From NCBI GenBank assembly GCA_965217585.1, contig OZ244561.1, forward strand, positions 7,008,001 through 7,072,000: a DNA stretch of 64,000 nucleotides. The letters run 5' to 3'. How positions within the stretch are numbered: the stretch's first letter is position 1; the number at the start of each line of letters is the position of its first letter. This stretch comes from Candidatus Latescibacterota bacterium (lineage in GTDB: Bacteria > Latescibacterota > UBA2968 > UBA8231). The notes below the pieces were generated by a model. The model was not told the origin of the DNA, did not search any database, and was given only the letters and a program-made list of their open reading frames with translations. The translations under genes and the position numbers were made by a program. Shown in pieces: positions 39,193 through 47,836 of the stretch.

Positions 39193-39993
39193 ATGAATGA
39201 AGACGAAAAATACCTGTTCGACCTCAACGGCTATATCCTGATCGAGAAGGTCCTGACCCCCGATGAAATCGCTCTCGCCAACCAGGCCATCGACCGCCAC
39301 CTAGACCAGGGCACGATCCGCTCCGGGGAACGGAGCCTGTCCGGAGGATCTCCAACGCTCAAGGGCGAGCATGGACGGGGAGACCTGGGGGGGATGCTGC
39401 ACTGGGAGGAGCCCTGGTGCAATCCCTTCCGGGAAATGCTGGTGCACCCGCGGATCGTGCCCTATCTCAACGAGATTCTCGGCCCGGGCTTCCGCATGGA
39501 TCACCAGATGTCCCTGCTGTGGATGGACAAGGGGAGCGAAGGCTTTAACTTTCACGGCTCTTCGGGCCCTGGTTTCGACCCGAACCAGTACTACATCTTC
39601 CGCGACGGCAGGATGCACAATGGCCTGACCGTGGCCAGTATCCAGCTCACCGACGTGAACCCGGGGGACGGCGGCCTCATCGTCATTCCCGGTAGCCACA
39701 AGAGCAACTATCCCTGCCCCCGGGAAATGAAACTCTACCAGCAGTACCAGGAAAACGTGCGGCAAATCGCCTGTAAAGCCGGGGATGTGGTGATCTTCAC
39801 CGAAGCCGTAACCCACGGCACCCTGCCCTGGACCGCCGACCACCCGCGCCGCTCCATCCTGACCCGCTACACGGCGGGCAACCTAGCCTTTATCCCGGCT
39901 TATCCCGTTCCCGAATGGGCCAATGAAAGACAGCGGGCCGTGATGGAACCGCCGTATCAAACCCGCCTGGACCGCCCCGTACTGGATGAATAA
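39193..39993 (+). CDS. Phytanoyl-CoA dioxygenase (PhyH)-family Fe(II)/2-oxoglutarate oxygenase
   Basis: KYLFDLNGYILIEKVL, DGGLIVIPGSHK, AGDVVIFTEAVTHGTLPW..RR. Confidence 0.88.
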   Translation: MNEDEKYLFDLNGYILIEKVLTPDEIALANQAIDRHLDQGTIRSGERSLSGGSPTLKGEHGRGDLGGMLHWEEPWCNPFREMLVHPRIVPYLNEILGPGFRMDHQMSLLWMDKGSEGFNFHGSSGPGFDPNQYYIFRDGRMHNGLTVASIQLTDVNPGDGGLIVIPGSHKSNYPCPREMKLYQQYQENVRQIACKAGDVVIFTEAVTHGTLPWTADHPRRSILTRYTAGNLAFIPAYPVPEWANERQRAVMEPPYQTRLDRPVLDE

Positions 39994-41218
39994 CCGCTTA
40001 CAAAATGAGAGCATGAGACCGATGGCAGAACTTGGACGGTTTCGGGGACCTGCCGATTTCCTGAAACTGGAAGATCTGAAGGCCAAAACCCGACGCGTTT
40101 TCTATGTCGCTCTGGCGCTTTCGTTGCTCATTCTCGGAACTACTTTCGTAGTTCTGAGCATTTCCATACCGAAAGAGCGGATAACCAGACCGCCGGTAGT
40201 GGATTTCGTCGTGCGCACCCCCAGACTCACCAAGCCCTTTGAACTGAAGAAGAAGCGCGTTCCCAAGCGGGCCATGACGCGCAAGGTATTGGCTGCTGAA
40301 CCGAAGATTCCGCGGACCATCACAGAGCGGCTTGAGAAGCCCGAGGTGTTTGGGACAGTGGAGACCTTCAGTTTTGCAGTGGAGAGTGGCGCCCGCATCG
40401 GAGGAGAAGCCATCGAGCCCCAAATTCCCACATCGATTCAGCTGACCAGTAGCAAAGAGCCGGAAAAGCGGATCAGCATGCAGGAGGAATTCGTCGACCT
40501 TTTCGCTCTGGATACGGGGAAATACAAAGGCCTCGTCATCCAGGATCCGACCGACAAGCAGAACATCCAGGGGTTTGTCTATCTGGGAATGGCTGTCGGG
40601 GAAGAACTTGACCCGCCCGGTCCCAGGACCATTCCCCAGCTGGTGGAAGCCATCAACAAGTTCACCCTGATCAACGCCAAGGTGGAGGAGCGCCTTCCCT
40701 TAGACGCGCGGGACATCTTCAAGGCGCCCTTCGTCTACATCACCGAGGCCAAGAGCTTCGATCTGACAGAGCACGAAGCCAGAAACCTGGAGAAGTACTT
40801 GAGGTCAGGCGGCTTTGTCTTTGCCGAGAACAGCACAGCCCGGCTGGAGTACGGACCGGCGGAAGCCTCCCTGCGGAAGATGTTCAAGGACGTACTCGGC
40901 AAAGACGCCCGCTTCCAGATACTCCCCAACGATCATCCGATCTACCACTGTTTCTTCGATTTCGACGACGGTCCACCACCTGGCGACGAAATCTACAGCG
41001 ATCGCATCCGTCAGGGGGTTCCATCGCCGCACCTCGAGGGGATTTTCCTCGACGGACGGCTCGTCGCCGTTTATTCCGATAAAGCCTATGGACTCCTCTG
41101 GCAGAGTGAATTTCAACACGAACCCCTGTTGAAGATGGGGATCAATCTGGTGGTCTATGCCCTTACGCAGGAGGGCTCCATCGCCCAGCAACAGATTGAC
41201 TTCTACAGTGAGAAGTAA
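39986..41218 (+). CDS. Membrane-anchored DUF4159-domain protein
   Basis: One N-terminal TM helix and a K/R/P-rich linker; APFVYIT..NLEKYLRSGGFVF..LPNDHPIYHCFF..LEGIFLDGRLVAVYS..KMGINLVVYALT. Confidence 0.82.
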   Translation: MNNRLQNESMRPMAELGRFRGPADFLKLEDLKAKTRRVFYVALALSLLILGTTFVVLSISIPKERITRPPVVDFVVRTPRLTKPFELKKKRVPKRAMTRKVLAAEPKIPRTITERLEKPEVFGTVETFSFAVESGARIGGEAIEPQIPTSIQLTSSKEPEKRISMQEEFVDLFALDTGKYKGLVIQDPTDKQNIQGFVYLGMAVGEELDPPGPRTIPQLVEAINKFTLINAKVEERLPLDARDIFKAPFVYITEAKSFDLTEHEARNLEKYLRSGGFVFAENSTARLEYGPAEASLRKMFKDVLGKDARFQILPNDHPIYHCFFDFDDGPPPGDEIYSDRIRQGVPSPHLEGIFLDGRLVAVYSDKAYGLLWQSEFQHEPLLKMGINLVVYALTQEGSIAQQQIDFYSEK

Positions 41219-41247
41219 CTGAAGCCCCCTTATCTGGAAGTCGGGAT

Positions 41248-42486
41248 ATGTCCTTAAATTACCTCGTGAGCTTTGGCGCCTTCCTCGCCCTGAGCTTTTT
41301 GAGCGGGTGCTCCCATCTGCCGAAGATCGAACTGCCGAAGATCGAATATAGCTCAGACCTCATCCCGAAAGAGAAGAAGAGCGAAGTCTACTCCGCAGGC
41401 GATGAGGGAGTAGTCTCCTATTATGGCCTGGAAGGTCTGAGGATCGATGTCCAGTATCTCGACGACAAGACCCTCAACCAGATGTTTCCCGACGATTCGA
41501 AAGGGGAAAAAATCTCCACAAATCCCTACACCTACGGTGACTGGGTCGATCCGAACCTAGGGTACACCCCCAATCGCTTTACGGTCTTCAGGGTCTCGGT
41601 TTTCAACTACACCTACCCGAAGATGTTGCTAGATCCTCTGCAAGCGATTCTGCTGACAGACCGCGGGGAACTCCTGGAGTCGTATACGGTCTCTCCCAGA
41701 GCCCAGCGCAAGAGCCTGGAAGGATATTATCGAGCATTGCGAGGCATCAGCGGGAATGAGCACCATCGGTTCTCCAAACGGATTGGCATTGTACGGGGTA
41801 CTATCTACGGAGAGGACGAACTCATCTTCAAGGGAGAAAGCTACAGTGGATTGCTCGTCTTCGAGTCTCTTCATCCCGAAGTGGGCAACGTCCGTCTAAT
41901 CTGCAAAAATGTCGCCTACAAGTTCGATACGGCAGGTAAGCCTATTGCAACAGTCGATATCCCTTTCGATTTCCGCCGTACTATTACCCATCAGTTGGTC
42001 GAGAAGGCGGAAGAAGAGGAGCAGGCTTTAGAGACCGTGCGGGTGGTAATCCAAGGCCCACTTCAGCTCAAAGGCAACCAGCCGGGAGACGTCGCGAGGA
42101 ATGCGGCTGCCCTCAATTCTGTGGTGAGTCAAAACATCCGGGATCTGAACCGTTGTTTTCGAGCGCAGTTTGACAAAGGCGAAGCTATTGCAGGGGAAGT
42201 TGTGGTCCGGTTTATTATTCGGGTTAACGGACTTGTAGAAGGGGTAGGTGTTGCTAAATCGACGGTGGCGAGCAAGGCTGTGGAAGAATGTATCGTGGAC
42301 GAGGTAGCGCGGTGGCGGTTTAGCCCGGCTGGCCAGTTTATCGAGGAGGTAGGGGCGCGAGAAACGCTTGGCCTGCCGGGCGAAGAGGAACGCGGAGCTG
42401 GGCCGGCTGCTCGACCCCGAACGAGACCTCCCCTCACCGATGTAGACGTGGTTTATCCATTCATCTTTGAGAGTATCGAGGAATAA
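41248..42486 (+). CDS. Lipoprotein: uncharacterised N-domain plus AgmX/PglI (TonB C-terminal-like) domain
   Basis: Lipobox LSGC; N-domain paralogous to 402..1169; C-domain VV..NIRDLNRCF..GEVVVRFII..G.V..V..ST..VEECIV..V.RWRF..VVYPFIF. Confidence 0.78.
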   Translation: MSLNYLVSFGAFLALSFLSGCSHLPKIELPKIEYSSDLIPKEKKSEVYSAGDEGVVSYYGLEGLRIDVQYLDDKTLNQMFPDDSKGEKISTNPYTYGDWVDPNLGYTPNRFTVFRVSVFNYTYPKMLLDPLQAILLTDRGELLESYTVSPRAQRKSLEGYYRALRGISGNEHHRFSKRIGIVRGTIYGEDELIFKGESYSGLLVFESLHPEVGNVRLICKNVAYKFDTAGKPIATVDIPFDFRRTITHQLVEKAEEEEQALETVRVVIQGPLQLKGNQPGDVARNAAALNSVVSQNIRDLNRCFRAQFDKGEAIAGEVVVRFIIRVNGLVEGVGVAKSTVASKAVEECIVDEVARWRFSPAGQFIEEVGARETLGLPGEEERGAGPAARPRTRPPLTDVDVVYPFIFESIEE

Positions 42487-42587
42487 TCTACTCCGGTGTC
42501 AGGGCGCTGGTTGCCCGCCGTGCTGTCATCAGTCGCTAGGTTGAGCCGCACGGGTTTCCGCAACACTTTTTTCTCTCCAAAGGGATT

Positions 42588-44303
42588 ATGGACCGTCAAT
42601 GCGCTAGGGCATTGGCCCTGCTGGTCGTTGCACTGGCCTGTGTGGCCAGGGGCGAAAATCCGGTGCAATTCACCGACGTAACAGCTCGAGCAGGAATCTC
42701 CTTCCGGCATGTAAACGGCGCAACCGGAAAGAGATACTTCATAGAAACGATGGGTCCAGGGTGCGCCTTTCTCGACTATAACAGCGACGGATATCTGGAC
42801 ATCTACATGGTAAATGGGCACGATCTGGCCGGGACGAGTCTTGCAAAAGCCACCAATGTTCTGTATCGCAACAACGGCGATGGCACCTTTGCCGACGTCG
42901 CGCAAAAGGCCGGCGTCGGCGACGCGGGCTATGGTATGGGGGTTGTGGCAGCCGACTACGACAACGACGGGGATACAGACCTGTACATCACAAATTACGG
43001 CCCCAATGTCCTCTACCGCAATGACGGCGACGGCAGTTTCACCGACGTCGCGCAAAAGGCCGGCGTCGGCGACGATCGGTGGGGGGTCGGCTGTGCTTTT
43101 CTGGACTACGACAGTGATGGTTATCTGGATCTCTACGTGGCCAATTACGTGGATTTTTCCCTGGAACATCCGCGGGAAACGCTGATTCCTTACCTGCCTG
43201 TGGGAGCCGGCCAGGGGGCTATGACGGATGTCACCGCCTATCCGCATCCAGACGGCTTCAATGGGGCAGCGGATGTGCTCTACCGCAACAGAGGAGATGG
43301 CACCTTTGCCGACGTCACCCGGAGGGCCGGAGTATACAACCCCAAGGGCAAGGGAATGGGTATAGTCTGTAGCGACTACGACAACGACGGGGATGTGGAT
43401 CTCTACGTAGCCAACGACCTGACCCCCAACTTTCTGTACCGCAACAACGGCGACGGCACGTTCACTGATGTGGGGCTTCTAACAGGGGTTGCTTACAGCG
43501 AGGATGGCAAAATGGAGTCGAGTATGGGCGCTGACTTCGGGGACTATGATCGCGATGGGTACATGGATCTCATCGTCCCGAATTTCCAGGGAGAAGCTAC
43601 CAGGCTCTACCGCAATACCGGGGATGGCTTTTTTTCGGATGAATCAGCAACTTCCGGCATAGGAGCAGCGACGCGGGCTTACGTTGGATGGGGAGTGGGC
43701 TTTCTGGACTACGACAACGATGGGGGACTGGATCTCTTTATCGCTGCAGGCCATGTCCTGGACAACGTGAAACTGTTCGACACCAGCACCTCCTATCCCC
43801 AGCGCAACTTTCTCTTCAGAAACAGCGGTCCCGGGAAAATGGGCACGTATACCTTCACCGACGTTTCTGCCGTTGCCGGGGGAGGACTGGCTGTGGCGAA
43901 GTCCAGCCGGGGGACGGCATTGGGGGATTACGACAACGACGGCGACGTGGACATCCTCGTGGTCAATTGCAATGATTCGGCTACGCTGCTGCGCAACGAC
44001 GGCGGGAATCGGGGTCACTGGCTGCGGATCAAAACCGAGGGGGTCCGCAGCAACAGGGATGGGATTGGCGCCCGCATTGAGGCGATCTCGGGGAATTTGA
44101 TCCAGCTCCGGGAAGTCAGGAGTGGCTCCAGCTTGTATTGCCAGAACGATCTCCGCGCATCGTTTGGACTGGGGGATAGAAGCAAGGTGGATCGGATCGA
44201 AATCCGCTGGCCCAGCGGCATCACAGACACTCTCGTAAATCTTTCGGCCGATCAATCCATCGCGGTCAGGGAGGGCTTTGGCCTGATAGAAGCCGGCCGA
44301 TGA
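42588..44303 (+). CDS. CRTAC1-family FG-GAP/VCBS-repeat protein with ASPIC/UnbV C-terminal domain
   Basis: Repeated DYDNDGDxDLY / LYRNxGDGTFxDV; C-terminal NRDGIGARI..FGLG..IEIRWPSG. Confidence 0.92.
   Translation: MDRQCARALALLVVALACVARGENPVQFTDVTARAGISFRHVNGATGKRYFIETMGPGCAFLDYNSDGYLDIYMVNGHDLAGTSLAKATNVLYRNNGDGTFADVAQKAGVGDAGYGMGVVAADYDNDGDTDLYITNYGPNVLYRNDGDGSFTDVAQKAGVGDDRWGVGCAFLDYDSDGYLDLYVANYVDFSLEHPRETLIPYLPVGAGQGAMTDVTAYPHPDGFNGAADVLYRNRGDGTFADVTRRAGVYNPKGKGMGIVCSDYDNDGDVDLYVANDLTPNFLYRNNGDGTFTDVGLLTGVAYSEDGKMESSMGADFGDYDRDGYMDLIVPNFQGEATRLYRNTGDGFFSDESATSGIGAATRAYVGWGVGFLDYDNDGGLDLFIAAGHVLDNVKLFDTSTSYPQRNFLFRNSGPGKMGTYTFTDVSAVAGGGLAVAKSSRGTALGDYDNDGDVDILVVNCNDSATLLRNDGGNRGHWLRIKTEGVRSNRDGIGARIEAISGNLIQLREVRSGSSLYCQNDLRASFGLGDRSKVDRIEIRWPSGITDTLVNLSADQSIAVREGFGLIEAGR
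42892..43074 (+). repeat. Identical 33-nt direct repeat inside the CRTAC1 gene (42892-42924 and 43042-43074)
   Basis: CCGACGTCGCGCAAAAGGCCGGCGTCGGCGACG occurs twice, 150 nt apart, encoding DVAQKAGVGD in two propeller blades. Confidence 0.8.
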
Positions 44304-44312
44304 GGAAGGCGG

Positions 44313-45578
44313 ATGGGAAGGTCTACGGCTGAGCCGCGCAGAAGGGTTATAGTAGCCTGGATCTCAGTATTTTCAGGCCTGGTCCTCCTTCTGTCGGTTG
44401 TGTACTTTGGTCTGCTCCGGGACGCGCTGCCATCTGCGGAGCAGAAACAGGCCCGAACGCTCTACCGCGAGGGAAGTCGCGCGCTCGCTCGGGGTGAGCT
44501 CGAGGTGGCCGTCTCTCTGCTGCGCCAGGCGGTCGAGCTAGACCCCAACCATGCTCTGTCCTCCAACAAACTGGGGGTGGCCTATGCGCGGCGAGGTCTG
44601 GGTCGCAAAGCCCTCGCGGCTTTCCACCGGGCGCTCGAGTTGAGACCCGACCTGGTGGAAGCTCATGTGAATTTGGGACTGGCCTATGCAGAGCAGAACC
44701 AGGTGGTCGAAGCACTCGCCGAATACCAGAAGGCCGTTGCTCTCAATCCCGACTTTGCCGGAGCATACTACAACATGGGGCGCCTCTACCAGAAAGAAGA
44801 ACACTACGCACTGGCAGCCCAGGCCTATGAAAAGGCCGTCGCATTGGTCTCTGATTTCCTTCAAGCCCACAACAATCTGGCCCTGGTCTACGCCCGCCTG
44901 GGGCGTTTCACCGAGGCCATAGCGCAGTCTGAGAAGGCGCTTGCTCTAGATCCGCGCCAATCCAGAGTCTATTACAATCTGGGGCTGATCTACGCCGAAC
45001 AGGACGACTACGAAAAGGCGCCAGAATTCCTTCAAAAAGCCATCGCTTACAATCCTCGTGCATCCAGGGCCTTCTACCATCTGGGGCTGATCTACGCCGA
45101 GCAAGGCCGCTACGATGAGGCAGAGGCAAACTACCGGCGGGCCCTGGAAATCGATCCGGATTATGCGCATGCTCACTACAAATTGGGTTTGATCTATGCA
45201 AAGAGGCGTCGCTACAATGAGGCGCTTTTGCACTATCAGCGCGCTCTTGAGATAGATCCGGATCTCGCCGAAGCTCACTATAGACTTGGACAGCTCTTTC
45301 TACGTCAGGGCCGGTCAGAAGAAGGGCGAAAAGAATTAGAACGGTTTGAAACCCTTACCACCTATCAGAAGGAGATTCAGATCCCCAAACGCGCGCTTTT
45401 AAGGGACCCTGGCGATATGGACACCCGTTGCGATCTAGCGCTCGTCTACCTGAAATACGGGCGCTACGATGAGGCCCTCAGGGAATGCCAGGAGATGCTG
45501 CGGCAACAACCCGCTTCTGCGCGAGCACGTCGCCTGCTCCAGGAAGTGAAAAACCGTCAGAAAGCCGCAGGTCTGTAG
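44313..45578 (+). CDS. Membrane-anchored tetratricopeptide-repeat protein
   Basis: N-terminal TM; canonical 34-aa TPRs (AHVNLGLAY, AYYNMG, ALEIDPD). Confidence 0.9.
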   Translation: MGRSTAEPRRRVIVAWISVFSGLVLLLSVVYFGLLRDALPSAEQKQARTLYREGSRALARGELEVAVSLLRQAVELDPNHALSSNKLGVAYARRGLGRKALAAFHRALELRPDLVEAHVNLGLAYAEQNQVVEALAEYQKAVALNPDFAGAYYNMGRLYQKEEHYALAAQAYEKAVALVSDFLQAHNNLALVYARLGRFTEAIAQSEKALALDPRQSRVYYNLGLIYAEQDDYEKAPEFLQKAIAYNPRASRAFYHLGLIYAEQGRYDEAEANYRRALEIDPDYAHAHYKLGLIYAKRRRYNEALLHYQRALEIDPDLAEAHYRLGQLFLRQGRSEEGRKELERFETLTTYQKEIQIPKRALLRDPGDMDTRCDLALVYLKYGRYDEALRECQEMLRQQPASARARRLLQEVKNRQKAAGL

Positions 45579-45680
45579 GTATAAAATAGGCGGTGTTACT
45601 CCCTTTTTAACGCGCTTTCACCTCGAAGCTTACATGAGCTAATATTCAAACCTATTTGAAGGAATGGAGAAAGAACAGTC

Positions 45681-47696
45681 ATGGGATCTTCAACGCAAGA
45701 CGAACGCGTGCTCGCCCGGATCGACCTCAGCGGGGTCACCCCCACCTGGCTCTGGCACTCCTACAGCGCTGGCACAGTGGAAAAAGAGCGCCTGAGAGAC
45801 TGGTGGGACGCCTTCCGCCACCCGCACTGGCAGCCGACCACCTACTGGGCCGTCGTTCCCGACGAGAGGGATGCCCGGTATCTGCTGAGCTTGCTCGGCG
45901 ACCGCATGCTCCTCACCGGCGAGAGGGAGTGGCGCGACTACACTATTACCGCCGGGGTGCGCCAGTTCCACGCCTTCAACATCTCCCCCTCTGTCAATCT
46001 CTCCTATCGCTCAGACTGCCTCAATGGGCTGGTGTTTCGGGTCCGCGACGTGCGCAGCTACTACTTCTATTGCCTGGAAAACTACGATCGGGTGACGCTC
46101 TACCGCATCGAGGACGACAACCAGTGGGTGCTCGGCCAGGAGTTCGTCCAGATCGACCGCACTAAGTTCCACGTCCTGAGCGTCCGCTGCCAGGGCGATC
46201 GCATCACCTGTCTGTTCGACGGGCGGCAGATCTTCGCGGCCATAGATGACGCGTATCCTTCGGGCTGGTGCGGACTGCGCGCCAACAGCAAGGCCGGCTT
46301 CCGCGGGGTAAAGGTCACCGCGGACGAAGTCGGCTGGAATGTCTACCTGAACACCAAGGACAGGAAGGAGCGGGAACTGGCCGACCTGCGCGCCGAGTAC
46401 CCTCAGCCGGTATTCGACCGGGAGATTCCCAGACCTCTGCCCGGGCCGGGAAGCCTGCAGCTGAGGCGCGTGGATGCAGAGGACCGGTGGGGCTTCTTCT
46501 GGCTGGCGGGTGAAGGCGCAGGTCCGGAGCGGGTCGCCGCGGCCTCGATGGAGGGCGAGGTGCTGTGGACGGCCGACCTGGAAGGAGCCGCGGAGGAGAA
46601 TCCTGCGCCTGCCTTGCCCAAGGCTTATGACATCGACCACGACGGGTACGACGAGCTGTTGATCTTGGATGCAAACAAGGTAAAGGTCTTCTCCGGTCGG
46701 ACGGGGGAGCTGATGGCCGAGCGCGATTTCCCCATGGCCGGTCCCCTGATGGGCGTGCCCGGCCGGCCCGCGCCCATCGGGTACATGTACGCGGTCCAGT
46801 TCAGGAAGCCTCCGGCTCCCATGGACATCATCCTGCTGGACGCAGATCCCGGTGGGGGGCGGAATGTCTGGTGCTACGACCACCATCTCGACCTCCGCTG
46901 GCACCGGCTCCTGCCCTTTCCCTTCGGCCACAACATGTGCTTTTTCGATGTGAACGGAGATGGCGGCGACGAGGCCATGCTGGGCCACTGCCTGATCGAC
47001 GGGGACGGTGAACTCCTCTGGTCCATCGAAGAGATGCACTATATCCCCTATGGGGCCATGGGCATCCACGCCGACAGCGTGGTCATCGGGGACCTCGAGG
47101 GCAATGGCACTTTGCGCCTGGCCTCGGTGGCCGGCGACGACGGGGTGCTCTTTGTGGATGCGGCCACCGGCGAACTTTTGCGCCGGGACCGACTCGGCCA
47201 CGCCCAGGGCATCTCCGCGGCCAGCTACCTCAAGGACGAGCCGGGCATCCAGGTGCTGGCCGGGACGCGCCACCGCGCCTACGGCATCTTCGCGCTCTAC
47301 AACGGGCGCGGGGATCGCCTCTTCCGCTGGCAGCCGGACAGGGTCAACCAGAACGGCCGGCCGGTGAACTGGCGGGGGGACGGCGAGGAATTGCTCTTAC
47401 TGAACTCGCCCGATTCGGGCCACGGCCTTTTCGACGCGCGGGGCCGGCTGGTGGTGCCCTTCACCGATGAACTCGAAAAGCTCAACTCCGGAGTGATCCC
47501 TCACAGCTTCGGGGATGACCCCCGCGACCAGTTGCTGGCCCTCACTCCAGAGCGGATCGCTCTCTATCGGCAGGACCGGCCGATCCCTGCGACGCAGGAA
47601 AAAGTCTACTGCCCTGTGCGGGATTACTGGAGAGGGAAAACCATCGGCGTGATTTCGCATCCGAACTGGGTGGAACGCGATAAAAAGGCGGAATGA
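45681..47696 (+). CDS. Hypothetical protein: lectin-like beta-sandwich plus rhamnogalacturonan-lyase (PL11)-like propeller
   Basis: WRDYTITAGV..GLVFRVRD..YYF..SGWCGL sandwich; YDIDHDGYDE, GHNMCFFDVNGDGGDE, HADS and LGHAQ motifs; no signal peptide. Confidence 0.55.
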   Translation: MGSSTQDERVLARIDLSGVTPTWLWHSYSAGTVEKERLRDWWDAFRHPHWQPTTYWAVVPDERDARYLLSLLGDRMLLTGEREWRDYTITAGVRQFHAFNISPSVNLSYRSDCLNGLVFRVRDVRSYYFYCLENYDRVTLYRIEDDNQWVLGQEFVQIDRTKFHVLSVRCQGDRITCLFDGRQIFAAIDDAYPSGWCGLRANSKAGFRGVKVTADEVGWNVYLNTKDRKERELADLRAEYPQPVFDREIPRPLPGPGSLQLRRVDAEDRWGFFWLAGEGAGPERVAAASMEGEVLWTADLEGAAEENPAPALPKAYDIDHDGYDELLILDANKVKVFSGRTGELMAERDFPMAGPLMGVPGRPAPIGYMYAVQFRKPPAPMDIILLDADPGGGRNVWCYDHHLDLRWHRLLPFPFGHNMCFFDVNGDGGDEAMLGHCLIDGDGELLWSIEEMHYIPYGAMGIHADSVVIGDLEGNGTLRLASVAGDDGVLFVDAATGELLRRDRLGHAQGISAASYLKDEPGIQVLAGTRHRAYGIFALYNGRGDRLFRWQPDRVNQNGRPVNWRGDGEELLLLNSPDSGHGLFDARGRLVVPFTDELEKLNSGVIPHSFGDDPRDQLLALTPERIALYRQDRPIPATQEKVYCPVRDYWRGKTIGVISHPNWVERDKKAE

Positions 47697-47836
47697 TAGG
47701 GAACACCGGCAAGTAGGCATGCGGGCCTTCCGGACCGAGGATTTTGACTTTTTCGCTCTCCCCGTAAAAATCGTATATTCTGCGGCAGTAATCCTGAGAT
47801 AGGAGGTCGTCACATGAACAATTCAAGACCATTAGC

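Noticed and set aside
42892-45101. Exact DNA repeats in the CRTAC1 (33 nt) and TPR (22 nt) genes as DGR template/variable regions or CRISPR
   Set aside because: Spacing matches the protein repeat period (150 and 102 nt), there are no adenine-specific mismatches, and no reverse transcriptase is present.
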